NCBI GenBank assembly: GCA_903854215.1
Contig: CAINVT010000009.1
Coordinates: forward strand, 191 to 64,190
Direction: 5' to 3'
DNA length: 64,000 nucleotides
Source of the DNA: an uncultured bacterium
GTDB lineage: Bacteria > Patescibacteriota > Minisyncoccia > Phycocordibacterales > UBA2100
Part shown: piece by piece, positions 10,565 through 20,815 of the stretch
Numbering within the stretch: the stretch's first letter is position 1
How the letters are laid out: each line of letters opens with the position of its first letter
Translations under genes and position numbers: made by a program
The notes under the pieces: generated by a model
Databases searched by the model: none
What the model was told of the DNA's origin: nothing
Seen by the model: the letters and a program-made list of their open reading frames with translations, nothing else

Positions 10565-10675
10565 GCAGTTATTAGTTGTTAGTTTATAGTTTTTAGATAT
10601 GAACATCATGAAAGCAATCTGCCGGGAAAACAAAAACTGTTTGCTATCAACTGACAACTACTAGCTAACAACTGA
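10564..10675. repeat. Inverted, degenerate 7-nt periodic repeats in the rpsK-rpsD spacer
   Basis: agcagtt-attagtt-gttagtt-tatagtt ... ctatcaa-ctgacaa-ctactag-ctaacaa-ctga. Confidence 0.7.
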
Positions 10676-10681
10676 TTCATT

Positions 10682-11287
10682 ATGTTACTCGTAAAATCAC
10701 AATACAGGATCGCCCGTCGCCTCGGCGCCGGTGTCTTTGAGAAGACACAATCACAGAAATTCGCGCTTTCAGAAGCTAATACGAAAAAGCCGCGCGGGCG
10801 TGCGCTTTCTGATTACGGTCGCCAATTGATCGAGAAGCAAAAGGTGCGATTTACGTATGGCCTGTCCGAACGCCAGCTTTCAAATTACGCACAGGCTGCG
10901 TTCAAAGAAAAAGAGCCGTCAGTTGCATTGAACATCGCACTCGAGATGCGTGCAGATTCTGCGGTCTATCGAGCCGGCTTCGCCGCCACTCGTCGTGCCG
11001 CTCGTCAGATCGTCAGTCATGGCCATATTGTCGTGAACGGTGTACGAATTACGACGCCTTCGTACCATGTTCGCGTCGGCGATGTCATCACGGTACGAGA
11101 GGGAAGCCGTACCAGTCCGCTTTTTGCCGGTCTCGCAGAAGTTAATCCCGAAAGTGGTCGTGCGATTCCAGGCTGGATCACGGCAGATCCAAAGGTACTT
11201 CGAGCGGAGATCAAGACTGAACCGACCTACAACAGTATAGATATGGGACTCGATTACCCGACGGTGTTTGAGTTTTACAGCAGATAA
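10682..11287 (+). CDS. rpsD: 30S ribosomal protein S4
   Basis: SDYGRQLIEKQK, ARQIVSHGHI, C-terminal EFYSR. Confidence 0.97.
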   Translation: MLLVKSQYRIARRLGAGVFEKTQSQKFALSEANTKKPRGRALSDYGRQLIEKQKVRFTYGLSERQLSNYAQAAFKEKEPSVALNIALEMRADSAVYRAGFAATRRAARQIVSHGHIVVNGVRITTPSYHVRVGDVITVREGSRTSPLFAGLAEVNPESGRAIPGWITADPKVLRAEIKTEPTYNSIDMGLDYPTVFEFYSR

Positions 11288-11343
11288 TGTATAATGATGC
11301 AACTTTTTATTAGTCTTTTGGGACGCTAACTTTTATTACATTT

Positions 11344-12318
11344 ATGTCGGACTACCACATTGCATTGCCGAGCAAGCCACGCGTTGTCTCCGAGACGGAA
11401 CGAAGCGGTATCTACGAGATAGATGGCTTATATCCTGGGTATGGTAACACGCTGGGTAATTCTCTGCGTCGCATCATCTTGTCATCCCTTCCGGGTGCCG
11501 CGGTTACTCATGTGAAGATTCCCGGAGTACCGCATGAATTCTCGACGATCGAAGGCGTCAAAGAAGATGTCGTCACGATTCTTCTCAATATCCGTAAGAT
11601 CCGTTTCCGATTGCTTTCCGACGAACCACAGACCATTACGCTTTCGATCAAAGGACCGGCGCTCGTGACGGCGGCTGATCTGAAGCTCCCCGGCCAAGTC
11701 GAGATCCTCAACCCCGAACAGCCGATCGCAGAAGTGACCGCTAAAGTGAACTTCGAACTTGAACTGCGAGCCGAACAGGGATTGGGTTACATTCCGAAGG
11801 AGGAGCATCAGAAGGAGCGTGTTGATATCGGCACGATCGCGATCGATGCGATCTTCTCACCGATTCGCCGCGCGAATTACGAAGTAGAGAACATGCGCGT
11901 CGGTGACCGCACCAACTTCAATCGTTTGCGCATTATGATCGAGACCGATGGTACGCTTGCACCGCGCGAGGCACTCGAACGTTCCATCGAGACCATGATC
12001 CATCAGCTCAAAGCGGTAGTCGGATTCAAGGAAGAAGAAGAGTCGGAAGTATCGGCTACAGTCGCCGACTTGCGGGCACCTGTTCGTGAGGACAAAACGA
12101 CTCCGATGGATGCCGAGGTCTTGAAGACTCGTATTACAGAGCTTGGTATGCCGCAGCGCGTCGAGATGGCGCTCGATAATGCGTCTATCCGTACCGTCGG
12201 TGGCCTTGTGCGCAAGCGAGAGGACGACTTGCTCGCTATCGAAGGATTGGGCCAGAAGGGGCTGCAGGATATCAAGCGTGCGCTTTCTAACCTCGGCCTG
12301 ACGTTACGTTCACAATAA
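11344..12318 (+). CDS. rpoA: RNA polymerase alpha subunit
   Basis: GYGNTLGNSLRRIILSS, HEFSTIEGVKEDV, IDAIFSPI. Confidence 0.98.
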   Translation: MSDYHIALPSKPRVVSETERSGIYEIDGLYPGYGNTLGNSLRRIILSSLPGAAVTHVKIPGVPHEFSTIEGVKEDVVTILLNIRKIRFRLLSDEPQTITLSIKGPALVTAADLKLPGQVEILNPEQPIAEVTAKVNFELELRAEQGLGYIPKEEHQKERVDIGTIAIDAIFSPIRRANYEVENMRVGDRTNFNRLRIMIETDGTLAPREALERSIETMIHQLKAVVGFKEEEESEVSATVADLRAPVREDKTTPMDAEVLKTRITELGMPQRVEMALDNASIRTVGGLVRKREDDLLAIEGLGQKGLQDIKRALSNLGLTLRSQ

Positions 12319-12341
12319 TCATTCAGTCGTTAAAGTTATAT

Positions 12342-12698
12342 ATGTTGCATCATAAAAAAGGTCGCACACTCGGTAGGAAGAAGGGGCAGCGCACGGCACT
12401 CCTACGATCTCTCGCACGCTCGCTGGTGTTGCAAGAAGGTATCGTGACGACGGTCGCTAAGGCAAAGGAGCTTCGGCCGTTCGTTGAACGTCTGGTGACC
12501 GCCGGCAAACAAAATACCGTCGCTTCGCGCCGTCTCATTGCAAGTCGGCTGGGGAGCGCGCCGGATGCCGTCATTAAGATTCATGGCGATCTTCGTGAGC
12601 GATATGCGACACGCGCAGGAGGCTATACACGCATCATCTTGCTTGGTAAGATCGGCAAGCAAGCGACGGAGTCAGCTCGCATCGAATTTGTAAAATAA
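12342..12698 (+). CDS. rplQ: 50S ribosomal protein L17
   Basis: TTVAKAKELRPFVERL, RAGGYTRI. Confidence 0.96.
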   Translation: MLHHKKGRTLGRKKGQRTALLRSLARSLVLQEGIVTTVAKAKELRPFVERLVTAGKQNTVASRRLIASRLGSAPDAVIKIHGDLRERYATRAGGYTRIILLGKIGKQATESARIEFVK

Positions 12699-12699
12699 T

Positions 12700-13059
12700 A
12701 TGACAATAAAAACGACGACTGCGTACGAGATCAATGCTGCTGGCAAGTCCCTGGGGCGTGTCGCGGCGGAAGCGGCCAAGATGCTCATGGGCAAGACGTC
12801 TGCCGACTACACGCCGAATATCCGTTCTGATGTGAAGGTCACGATCAGTAATGTCTCAAAGCTTACGACCCGCGAGAAGAAGCTCGTGCAGACGAAGTTC
12901 ACTCGCTACACGGGATATCCGGGCGGTCTTAAGACGCTGTCACTTCAGCAGCTCAACGAAACGAAGCCAGGAGAAGCATTGCGTCGGGCGATCGAACGTA
13001 TGATGCCGCGCAATACGTTCCGGACTGAACGTATGAAGAATCTTACTATCAACGTATAA
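12700..13059 (+). CDS. rplM: 50S ribosomal protein L13 (short form)
   Basis: LGRVA...LMGK...[12 protein letters not shown]. Confidence 0.94.
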   Translation: MTIKTTTAYEINAAGKSLGRVAAEAAKMLMGKTSADYTPNIRSDVKVTISNVSKLTTREKKLVQTKFTRYTGYPGGLKTLSLQQLNETKPGEALRRAIERMMPRNTFRTERMKNLTINV

Positions 13060-13066
13060 TTTTAGT

Positions 13067-13465
13067 ATGGCAACAAAAGCATTGGTATATACAGAAGCCG
13101 TCGGACGCCGTAAGACTGCGTCTGCGCGTGTTCGTATCACACCGGCGAAGAATTCGACGATGACGGTCAACGACAAGCCGGCTGAGGAATATTTCCCGTT
13201 GCCGATGATGGTGAAGACTGCCTTCGCGCCGATTACACTGCTCGGTACCCCATACGCAGTGACCGTCAAGGTCCACGGCGGCGGTCATAAGTCACAGGCA
13301 GAAGCAGTGCGCCTCGGTATTTCTCGCGCAATGATCGAGATCGTGCCGGAACAACGAAAGGATCTCAAAGTTCGCGGATATCTGAAACGCGACCCGCGTG
13401 CAAAGGAACGCAAGAAGTTCGGTCTCAAGGGCGCACGCCGTGCTCCTCAATGGTCGAAGCGATAG
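13067..13465 (+). CDS. rpsI: 30S ribosomal protein S9
   Basis: [35 protein letters not shown]. Confidence 0.98.
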   Translation: MATKALVYTEAVGRRKTASARVRITPAKNSTMTVNDKPAEEYFPLPMMVKTAFAPITLLGTPYAVTVKVHGGGHKSQAEAVRLGISRAMIEIVPEQRKDLKVRGYLKRDPRAKERKKFGLKGARRAPQWSKR

Positions 13466-13478
13466 AACTAATATCAAG

Positions 13479-13503
13479 AACCGCCACGTCAGACGTGGCG
13501 GTT
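13479..13503 (+). terminator. Hairpin after rpsI, probable terminator
   Basis: aaccgccacgtc-a-gacgtggcggtt is a perfect inverted repeat, followed by only a short T run. Confidence 0.65.
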
Positions 13504-13541
13504 TGCATATGTGTAAGGCATCTGTGATATACTCCCGCTGT

Positions 13542-14081
13542 ATGAACGATCTCGTAGATGATGAAATAAACTTCGAGCCCGAAGACGAGCTCGGTGACAT
13601 CGGCGCGGCTACCGCAAAGATTAAGAAGTTGCGTGAACAGTTAAAAGAAGCGCAAGAGAAACGCGACGAATATCTCGATGGGTGGCAACGTTGTAAAGCC
13701 GATGCGATCAATGCACGCAAGGAAGCAGCACAGCAGCACGATCGTGCACATGGTCGCGGCAAAGAGTCGGTACTTGAGGATATCATTCCTGTATTGGATA
13801 GTTTTGATATGGCAGCGAACGGTGAGGCATGGCTTGCGGTAGATGAGAATTGGCGCAACGGTGTCGATCTTATAAGAAATCAATTACTCGACGTGCTTTC
13901 ACGCCATGGGATCGAGCGATTCGGAAAGGTAGGCGAACAATTCGATCATCAGCTACACGAGGCAGTGCAGGAAGTGGACGACATGCCGGGTGAGAGCGGG
14001 GAAGTCGTACGTATTTTGCGCTATGGTTACAGGATGGGTGATCGTGTGATCCGTCCCACACAGGTCATCGTGAAGCAATAG
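13542..14081 (+). CDS. grpE: Nucleotide exchange factor GrpE
   Basis: IIPVLDSF, FDHQLHEAV, GYRMGDRVIRP; ATG 13542 follows a TATACT box. Confidence 0.95.
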   Translation: MNDLVDDEINFEPEDELGDIGAATAKIKKLREQLKEAQEKRDEYLDGWQRCKADAINARKEAAQQHDRAHGRGKESVLEDIIPVLDSFDMAANGEAWLAVDENWRNGVDLIRNQLLDVLSRHGIERFGKVGEQFDHQLHEAVQEVDDMPGESGEVVRILRYGYRMGDRVIRPTQVIVKQ

Positions 14082-14292
14082 CATTTTTCTCGCTGGCGAC
14101 ATTGGTACTCGCAACTTTGACCTCGTTCATACATAAAGTGCTCACTGCGGTGAGCATTACGGACGTGGCACAAGGGCAACAGACTCAAATAAATAAGTAC
14201 ATTATTGCGGAAGAGCACTTTGACCTCGTCGCGCCATCTTTCGCTACATCATCATCCATCCTCACCACAATACACGGTATGTGTCGCTCATA

Positions 14293-14333
14293 AGTCCGTG
14301 AATTACCCAATTGGGTTATTTACGGGCTTTCAC
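14293..14333. repeat. 41-bp palindromic repeat, copy 1 (left of the PaaX/Cas2-like gene)
   Basis: agtccgtgaattacccaattgggttatttacgggctttcac; 38/41 identical to 14977-15017. Confidence 0.92.
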
Positions 14334-14356
14334 AACGATGCTATTGTTGGACTGAT

Positions 14357-14956
14357 ATGGTCAATTCCGAGAAGATAAAACTAAAATTTCGCGGTATCAA
14401 AAAGGCTTCCGAATATCGCCGCGGAGAGCTTGCGCGCGATGTTCTGAAGGTTGCTGCTGCAGGTCTTGCAGTCGGATCAGTGATCGTGGCTCCGAATATG
14501 CCTCAAATAATTGATTACTTCGATCCGAAAGGTGTCGCAGAACGCCGGCGTATATGGCGCGCGATAAGATATTTGGAAGAGCGAAATACGATAGAGATTC
14601 GCAAGGAAGACGGACATGAGATGGTATTCCTGACGAAGAAAGGCAAAGTACAGCTCGATGAAGATTCGATATGGGATATGGAGATCAGAAAACCGTGGCA
14701 CTGGGATCATAAGTGGCGATTGATCATGTTTGATCTTCCCGCACGTTTCGAGCGGGTGCGTCGGCCATTCCGCGAGAAACTAGCCGATTTCGGTCTCGTA
14801 TCATATCAGAAATCCATCTTCATTTATCCGTATGAATGCCAGGAGGAGATCCTTACGCTCGCGGAATTTTACGGAGTTCGCGAATATATTTGTTACATCG
14901 TTGCGGACGAGATAAGTAACATGCGGGAGATTGCAAAACGGTTTGACTTGTCATGA
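14357..14956 (+). CDS. PaaX-like protein: wHTH-like region plus Cas2-like (ferredoxin-fold) C-terminal domain
   Basis: LTKKG wing, then WDHKWRLIMFDLP...FREKL.DFG...YQKSIFIYPYEC, the PaaX central-domain/Cas2-like signature common in CPR. Confidence 0.8.
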   Translation: MVNSEKIKLKFRGIKKASEYRRGELARDVLKVAAAGLAVGSVIVAPNMPQIIDYFDPKGVAERRRIWRAIRYLEERNTIEIRKEDGHEMVFLTKKGKVQLDEDSIWDMEIRKPWHWDHKWRLIMFDLPARFERVRRPFREKLADFGLVSYQKSIFIYPYECQEEILTLAEFYGVREYICYIVADEISNMREIAKRFDLS

Positions 14957-14976
14957 AGAATTCTTATAATGCATAG

Positions 14977-15017
14977 AGTCCGTGAATTACCCAATTGGGA
15001 TTTTTACGGACTTTCAC
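14977..15017. repeat. 41-bp palindromic repeat, copy 2 (right of the PaaX/Cas2-like gene)
   Basis: agtccgtgaattacccaattgggatttttacggactttcac; direct repeat of 14293-14333. Confidence 0.92.
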
Positions 15018-15182
15018 CTTGGTTTCAGGTATCAACTGCAAGAATGTATATTGCACTGGATTACACTAGCAGATACCTCAAATCATGCAGGGTGTATACT
15101 GGGGGCCGGATACGTTCACCTGCACAGGAACGCGAGGAAGACGTTTAATTACGAACAGTATTAATAACATAGCAGCATACAT

Positions 15183-17069
15183 ATGGCAAAAATTTTAGGC
15201 ATCGATTTGGGTACGACCAATTCAGCAATGGCGGTGGTCAAGGGCGGCGAACCTGAGATCATTGAGAATGCTGAGGGGGCCCGTACGACACCGTCCGTCG
15301 TCGCAACATCAAAGACCGGCGAGCGTCTCGTCGGATTGCTCGCACGCCGACAGGCAGTGACCAATCCGAAGAACACGGTCTATCAGATCAAACGCTTTAT
15401 CGGTCACAATTTCGACGAGCCAGCAGTCGAAAAAGATCGTGCTTCCGTGCCATTCGAGACTCAAAAATCCGCTACCGGCGGTATCGAGGTGAAAATGGGC
15501 GATAAATGGTATCGTCCGGAAGAGATTTCGGCGATGATCCTTCAAAAATTGAAGACTGATGCGGAGACACGCCTCGGCGAAACAATCACTGAAGCGGTCA
15601 TAACCGTACCGGCGTATTTTAACGATGCACAGCGCCAGGCCACGAAGGATGCGGGCAAGATCGCCGGCCTCGATGTGAAGCGCATCATCAACGAACCGAC
15701 CGCAGCAGCGCTCGCGTACGGATTCAATAAGAAGAAGAACGAGAAGATCGTCGTATTCGATTTCGGCGGGGGCACCTTCGATATCTCCGTACTTGAAGTC
15801 GGTGATGACGTCATCGAAGTACGTTCGACCGACGGCGACTCACACCTCGGCGGCAAAGACATCGATCAAAAGATCATGGACTGGATCGCAGAAGAATTCA
15901 AAAAAGAATCCGGTATTGATGTTCGCAACGATCCGCTCGCTCGCCAGCGTCTCGACGAAGCCGCGGAGAAAGCGAAGATCGAGCTCTCGACCGCTGTCGA
16001 AAGCGAGATCAACATCCCATTCATTACCTCCGACACTTCGGGCCCCCGTCACCTGCTGGTGAAGTTGAGCCGTGCCAAGCTTGAAGAGCTTACCAATGAA
16101 TTCATCGAGCGTGCCATGACGATTACGAAGCGCGCGATGGAAGCATCGCCGTTCAAGATCACTGATATCAACGAAGTGATCCTTGTCGGCGGTCAGACAC
16201 GTATGCCTGCGATGCAGAAGGCGGTTGAGACATTCTTCAGTAAGAAACCGAATCTGAGCGTCAATCCGGACGAAGTCGTTGCCCTTGGCGCGGCTATACA
16301 GGGCGGTATTTTGCAGGGAGATGTGAAGGACGTACTTTTGCTCGATGTGATCCCGCTCTCGCTGGGTATTGAAACATACGGCGGTGTTGCCACGAAGCTT
16401 ATCGAACGCAATACGACGATCCCGACATCACGTTCGCAAACATTCTCAACCGCATCCGATAATCAACCCTCGGTCGAGATCCACATCGTACAAGGTGAAC
16501 GTCCGATGGCGACTGACAACAAATCGCTCGGCCGGTTCAATCTTGATGGTATTCCTCCCGCGCCGCGCGGTATGCCGCAGGTCGAAGTAAGCTTCGACAT
16601 CGATGCGAACGGTATCCTTTCGGTCAAAGCAAAGGATAAGACAACCAACAAAGAGCAGTCGATCCGCATCGAAGCATCATCCGGACTTTCTGACACAGAA
16701 GTTGAAAAAATGCGCAAAGATGCGGAAGTGAACGCCGAGGCGGACAAGAAGAAACAAGAGCTCGTCGAATCGCAGAATGCTGCCGACCAGATGGTCTATG
16801 CCGCAGAAAAGGCACTCAAAGAACACGGAGACAAAGTATCAGATGATATCAAAAAAGGTGTTCAGGAGAAGATTGATGCTCTGAAGGCGGCGCGCGCCGG
16901 TGTGGACGCACTGACGATCAAGTCCGCCGCGGATGTGCTATCCACTGAAATGAGTAAGATCGGCCCCGCCGTCGCCCAAGCTAAGACAGACGAGGAAGCG
17001 GCAGCGAAGAATCAGCAACCGCCACAAGATCAGACACCTCCTACAGACACAACGGGTGAGCAGAAGTAA
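15183..17069 (+). CDS. dnaK: Chaperone DnaK
   Basis: [42 protein letters not shown]. Confidence 0.99.
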   Translation: MAKILGIDLGTTNSAMAVVKGGEPEIIENAEGARTTPSVVATSKTGERLVGLLARRQAVTNPKNTVYQIKRFIGHNFDEPAVEKDRASVPFETQKSATGGIEVKMGDKWYRPEEISAMILQKLKTDAETRLGETITEAVITVPAYFNDAQRQATKDAGKIAGLDVKRIINEPTAAALAYGFNKKKNEKIVVFDFGGGTFDISVLEVGDDVIEVRSTDGDSHLGGKDIDQKIMDWIAEEFKKESGIDVRNDPLARQRLDEAAEKAKIELSTAVESEINIPFITSDTSGPRHLLVKLSRAKLEELTNEFIERAMTITKRAMEASPFKITDINEVILVGGQTRMPAMQKAVETFFSKKPNLSVNPDEVVALGAAIQGGILQGDVKDVLLLDVIPLSLGIETYGGVATKLIERNTTIPTSRSQTFSTASDNQPSVEIHIVQGERPMATDNKSLGRFNLDGIPPAPRGMPQVEVSFDIDANGILSVKAKDKTTNKEQSIRIEASSGLSDTEVEKMRKDAEVNAEADKKKQELVESQNAADQMVYAAEKALKEHGDKVSDDIKKGVQEKIDALKAARAGVDALTIKSAADVLSTEMSKIGPAVAQAKTDEEAAAKNQQPPQDQTPPTDTTGEQK

Positions 17070-17149
17070 GATTGCTGTGCAAAGGCGTATCAGTGTCCGC
17101 AAAACGAAACACGTTGTGCGTTTAGCAGTGCCAGAATATAATGAATAGC

Positions 17150-18241
17150 ATGAAGGACTACTATACGATTCTCGGCGTACCACGATCGGCGACCGAAGAT
17201 GATATCAAAAAGGCATTTCGCAAGCTCGCCCAAAAATATCATCCCGACAAAAAAGGCGGCGACGAAGCCAAGTTCAAGGAGATGAGCGAAGCGTATTCGA
17301 TCCTTTCCGACAAAAAGCGCCGTGCGGAGTACGATACCTACGGCAAAACGTTCGCCGGCGGCAATGGCGGCAGCGCTTCGGGCGCAGGATTCGGCGGATT
17401 CGACTTCTCGAATTTTCAGCAGGGATTTCAAGGATTCAACGGTCAGAACGTGGAGTTCGATCTCGGCGATATTTTCGGCGATATCTTTGGAGGTGCAGGT
17501 GGGCAATCGCGAGAACAGGCGAGAGGGCGTGATATTTCGATCGATATCGAGCTCACATTTCGCGAGAGTATTTTTGGTGCCGATCGACGCGTGCTTATTT
17601 CAAAGATGGCCGTCTGTGATGTATGCTCCGGCACCGGTGCCAAAAGAGGCACGAAGCTCGTGTCGTGCAAGACATGCAACGGCAAAGGTGAGATCCGCGA
17701 GACACGTAATACGTTCTTCGGTAATTTCACTTCTGCCCGATTATGTCCGACCTGTAGTGGGCGTGGAGAGGTGCCTGAAACACCGTGCGAAGTATGTCAC
17801 GGTGCCGGCGTCGCCAAACGGCAAGAAGAGATTCATATTTCCGTTCCGTCGGGCGTTCTCGATGGAGAAATGATCCGTATGCCCGGTCGCGGCGAAGCGG
17901 TAAAAGCCGGTGGATCGGGTGATCTCTATGTCAAATTACACATAAAGAAAGATGCGTCGTTCTCGCGCGATGGCAACAATCTCCTGACCGCGCTCTCGAT
18001 CAAGCTTACCGATGCACTGCTCGGCGGTGAATATCACATCCGGACACTCGATGGGGAAGAGGTCGTCACTGTGCCTGCAGGTATCGTGCACGGCGAGACC
18101 ATTCGTATCCGCGGCAAAGGAGTTCCCGGAGCTCGCGGCGGCCGAGGTGATCTTCTGGTGCGGATCGATATCGAATTCCCGAAAAAACTGACTCACACGG
18201 CACGTGATCTTATTGATAAGCTTCGCGCTGAAGGACTCTAA
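17150..18241 (+). CDS. dnaJ: Chaperone DnaJ
   Basis: J domain with HPD, G/F-rich region, four CxxCxGxG repeats; alternative start 17141. Confidence 0.97.
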   Translation: MKDYYTILGVPRSATEDDIKKAFRKLAQKYHPDKKGGDEAKFKEMSEAYSILSDKKRRAEYDTYGKTFAGGNGGSASGAGFGGFDFSNFQQGFQGFNGQNVEFDLGDIFGDIFGGAGGQSREQARGRDISIDIELTFRESIFGADRRVLISKMAVCDVCSGTGAKRGTKLVSCKTCNGKGEIRETRNTFFGNFTSARLCPTCSGRGEVPETPCEVCHGAGVAKRQEEIHISVPSGVLDGEMIRMPGRGEAVKAGGSGDLYVKLHIKKDASFSRDGNNLLTALSIKLTDALLGGEYHIRTLDGEEVVTVPAGIVHGETIRIRGKGVPGARGGRGDLLVRIDIEFPKKLTHTARDLIDKLRAEGL

Positions 18242-18251
18242 AATTTGATGT

Positions 18252-18746
18252 ATGCACCTTCCTGCTCTTTTCCCCTCGTGGCTCTTGAACATTCCGCTCG
18301 GTTGGATCGTCGTCGTCATAATCGTATTGCTGCTCTCATTCGATGCAATGCGCTCCGGTCCCGGACGCGCCGTCGTTCTCGCCATTGCCTCCCCGATATC
18401 TATTTTTCTTTTTGAAATTCTTCCTCAAACATTTCTGGTGGGTAAGATGTTTACGGCCCTTTCGGCATCGTTTGTCATCGCCGGAATTGCACTTGCGATA
18501 TATATTGTCATCTATCTTCTCCTGCACCGAATGACCGCTACATTTAGCGGTTTATCAACAGGATTGCTCAATTCTCTACTCGCCGGTATTAGTGGAACGA
18601 TCGCATTCATCATACTGTGGCTTCAGATCCCTGCACTCGTGTCGCTCTGGAATCCGGGCAGTCAGATAGATGCGCTATTCGGCTTGCCGTATGCACTCCT
18701 CTGGTTTTTAGGCTCGTTTCTCGTACTTGCTTTTGTGCGGAGCTGA
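18252..18746 (+). CDS. Hypothetical multi-pass membrane protein
   Basis: 164 aa, mostly hydrophobic helices; directly downstream of dnaJ. Confidence 0.7.
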   Translation: MHLPALFPSWLLNIPLGWIVVVIIVLLLSFDAMRSGPGRAVVLAIASPISIFLFEILPQTFLVGKMFTALSASFVIAGIALAIYIVIYLLLHRMTATFSGLSTGLLNSLLAGISGTIAFIILWLQIPALVSLWNPGSQIDALFGLPYALLWFLGSFLVLAFVRS

Positions 18747-18828
18747 AAAACCTATACACTTCTGTTGTTTTGTGATATAAAGCATAGAGGGAAGCCCGTC
18801 GGCTTCAGATAAGAAAAGGGAGATAAAC

Positions 18829-19062
18829 ATGCACATTTACATTCCGCTGTGGATCGTCTGCTTGTATATGGCCATTGTAACGGTCGGGGCCTTATCGTGC
18901 TGGTTAACAGTTGATTACGGGTGGGGAAGCGAGAAAAAACGCGGTTTTTTCTACCATCTGTCAAGATTTCTAATCTATTTCGTAATATGTGCAATCTTCT
19001 GGCCGCTCTCCCTCCTCGAGGAGGGGCTCGACAAGCTGCCTGCGAGAGGAATTTTGCGCTGA
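18829..19062 (+). CDS. Small two-TM hypothetical protein
   Basis: 77 aa, two hydrophobic segments ending in FWPL; SD-like aagggaga upstream. Confidence 0.55.
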   Translation: MHIYIPLWIVCLYMAIVTVGALSCWLTVDYGWGSEKKRGFFYHLSRFLIYFVICAIFWPLSLLEEGLDKLPARGILR

Positions 19063-19209
19063 TCGCTGATGTTGTGAGCGGCGTGGCTTGGAAGCCACGC
19101 CGATTTCTGTTATACCCACATGGGACTTGCATAATATGAATTATTGTTTTAAAGTAATAAAAGTAGGCGTCTTGAAGCGTCTGGATAGGATTGGTGAAGG
19201 AGATGGGCG

Positions 19210-19353
19210 ATGACACTTCGTAACCAGATGGCGATAATAACGGTGTTGCTGCTGCTCATTGTGGTAGCGGCAGTTTGTGTCACACCGGATTCGACCTCAT
19301 CAGGCGCGGAAATCCTCCGTATGATCGGGCTTGATCCAGGCAAATTTAGGTGA
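19210..19353 (+). CDS. Small single-TM peptide (47 aa, not in the ORF track)
   Basis: MTLRNQMAIITVLLLLIVVAAVCVTPDSTSSGAEILRMIGLDPGKFR*; SD aaggag about 7 nt upstream. Confidence 0.45.
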   Translation: MTLRNQMAIITVLLLLIVVAAVCVTPDSTSSGAEILRMIGLDPGKFR

Positions 19354-19453
19354 CACGCGACATCTTTGGTCAAGATGATCAAAAATTTCGTGCTACCCTA
19401 TCAGTAGGATCTTTTCCATCCTCATAGAGAGTAGAGTCCAAAAGGAGAAGGCC

Positions 19454-20734
19454 ATGAAGACAACGACTCAAGTCGCTCGGGATGTTGCCTTTACGGCCAA
19501 CACCCTCGGACGAGTAGCCTGCGATGCGCTCACTCTGCGAACTGGCTACCAGTTTTCGCGTAAACCTGGCAGATTTGCTTTTCTTGTTCATCCGAGAACT
19601 GCAAAACTTAGTCAAACAGGCGTGTATGGCGACAGTGATGTTTTCAAGGCAATTCCCGCCTTCAAATATCTCCGTCACATATTGCCAAAGCAATACGCAG
19701 AGCGTACTACGTTGCGGTTCTTAAGGAGACTACCACCGTCAACGATCGGGTATATATCTGCTCGGGGCGACGGGTATGACGTTTCTGGTCGTCTGCTCAC
19801 CACCCCCCGGCCGTTGGACATTCTGTTCAAGAATCCTGAAGAGACGCGCCCGCATCTCGAAGAGCTTTTCAGACTTGCAGCGTTGCAAGGAAATGATCGG
19901 GTGGGGCTTGGCGGACTTCTGCCTTCGCTCACCCGGGGTGGCAGACTGTTCGCCGGGATGGAACTAGCGTCGCGACCCGCAGTTTCAACCGGACACGCGT
20001 ACACGGCATATGTGATCTCCGAGTATCTGTTGCATCTTGTTTCTCACCGAAATAGAGATGGGGCAGCGCCGGAAGTGGCAGTTGTCGGCGCGGGCGGTTC
20101 AACTGGCAAGGCGATAGTGCGAACGTTTACTCGCGCATGGCCCAGCCGCGACATGTCTCCGATTAACCTGCTTCTCGTCGATACCAGGGAAGATCGGCTG
20201 ACTGAGATTGCTCAAGAAATCTCTGCCTGTCCAGCATTCAATCGTGTCAGGACGAGTGACAATCTCGCATCGATACGGAATTGCGAGTATGTGATCGTCG
20301 TAACTAATGCTCAAAATGCGATCATTAAGCCCGAGCACGTACGTCCGGGAATGGTGATCATTGATGACTCGCAACCTCGCAATACAGGTCCCGAGCTCGA
20401 AAAAGCCGGCTGCTTCGTGCTCGACGTGCTTGCTCGAATCAATGGTCTTGATTGTCGTTTCAACTTCGGCTTCAAAACTCTTGATCGAACGGTAACATTC
20501 ACGTGCTTGGCAGAGACAGTTCTCGCCGCTATTGCGGGATGTTCCGATGACCTCGCAGTCGGGGAAGTGACTTATGACGTGATCGAGCGGATGCTCGAGA
20601 TCGTCGAAGTCGGGAAACATCTCGGAGCGATCGGCGCGATGCCATTTTTCACCTTCGGGAGAGAGATGTCACCGAGCTTGAAAGAAAGACTGCATCAACC
20701 GGCAAAAGGTCGTGCGCTTGCCGCTGCAGAATAG
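19454..20734 (+). CDS. COG5322-like NAD(P)-dependent reductase (acyl-ACP reductase/shikimate-DH-like Rossmann fold)
   Basis: FAFLVHPR, VGLGGL.PSLT, STGHAYT, VAVVGAGGSTG, IDDSQPRN, CLAETV motifs; strong SD aaaggag. Confidence 0.75.
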   Translation: MKTTTQVARDVAFTANTLGRVACDALTLRTGYQFSRKPGRFAFLVHPRTAKLSQTGVYGDSDVFKAIPAFKYLRHILPKQYAERTTLRFLRRLPPSTIGYISARGDGYDVSGRLLTTPRPLDILFKNPEETRPHLEELFRLAALQGNDRVGLGGLLPSLTRGGRLFAGMELASRPAVSTGHAYTAYVISEYLLHLVSHRNRDGAAPEVAVVGAGGSTGKAIVRTFTRAWPSRDMSPINLLLVDTREDRLTEIAQEISACPAFNRVRTSDNLASIRNCEYVIVVTNAQNAIIKPEHVRPGMVIIDDSQPRNTGPELEKAGCFVLDVLARINGLDCRFNFGFKTLDRTVTFTCLAETVLAAIAGCSDDLAVGEVTYDVIERMLEIVEVGKHLGAIGAMPFFTFGREMSPSLKERLHQPAKGRALAAAE

Positions 20735-20746
20735 TGCATATACACT

Positions 20747-20784
20747 GAGAGCCCCAAGACACCTTGGTGGCTCTCTTTCTTTTG
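20747..20784 (+). terminator. Intrinsic terminator after the reductase gene
   Basis: gagagcc-ccaag...cttgg-t-ggctctc stem followed by tttcttttg. Confidence 0.65.
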
Positions 20785-20815
20785 TTACAATATAGAGCGT
20801 GTATACAAGTACGAC

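Noticed and set aside
14293-15017. CRISPR array with cas2
   Set aside because: There are only two repeats, separated by 643 bp containing a whole gene, with no spacer-sized units and no cas1 or effector genes.
14082-17149. CIRCE (HrcA) operator around grpE/dnaK/dnaJ
   Set aside because: Only half-site-like strings occur (ttggtactc at 14102, ttagcagtg at 17122); there is no TTAGCACTC-N9-GAGTGCTAA inverted repeat.
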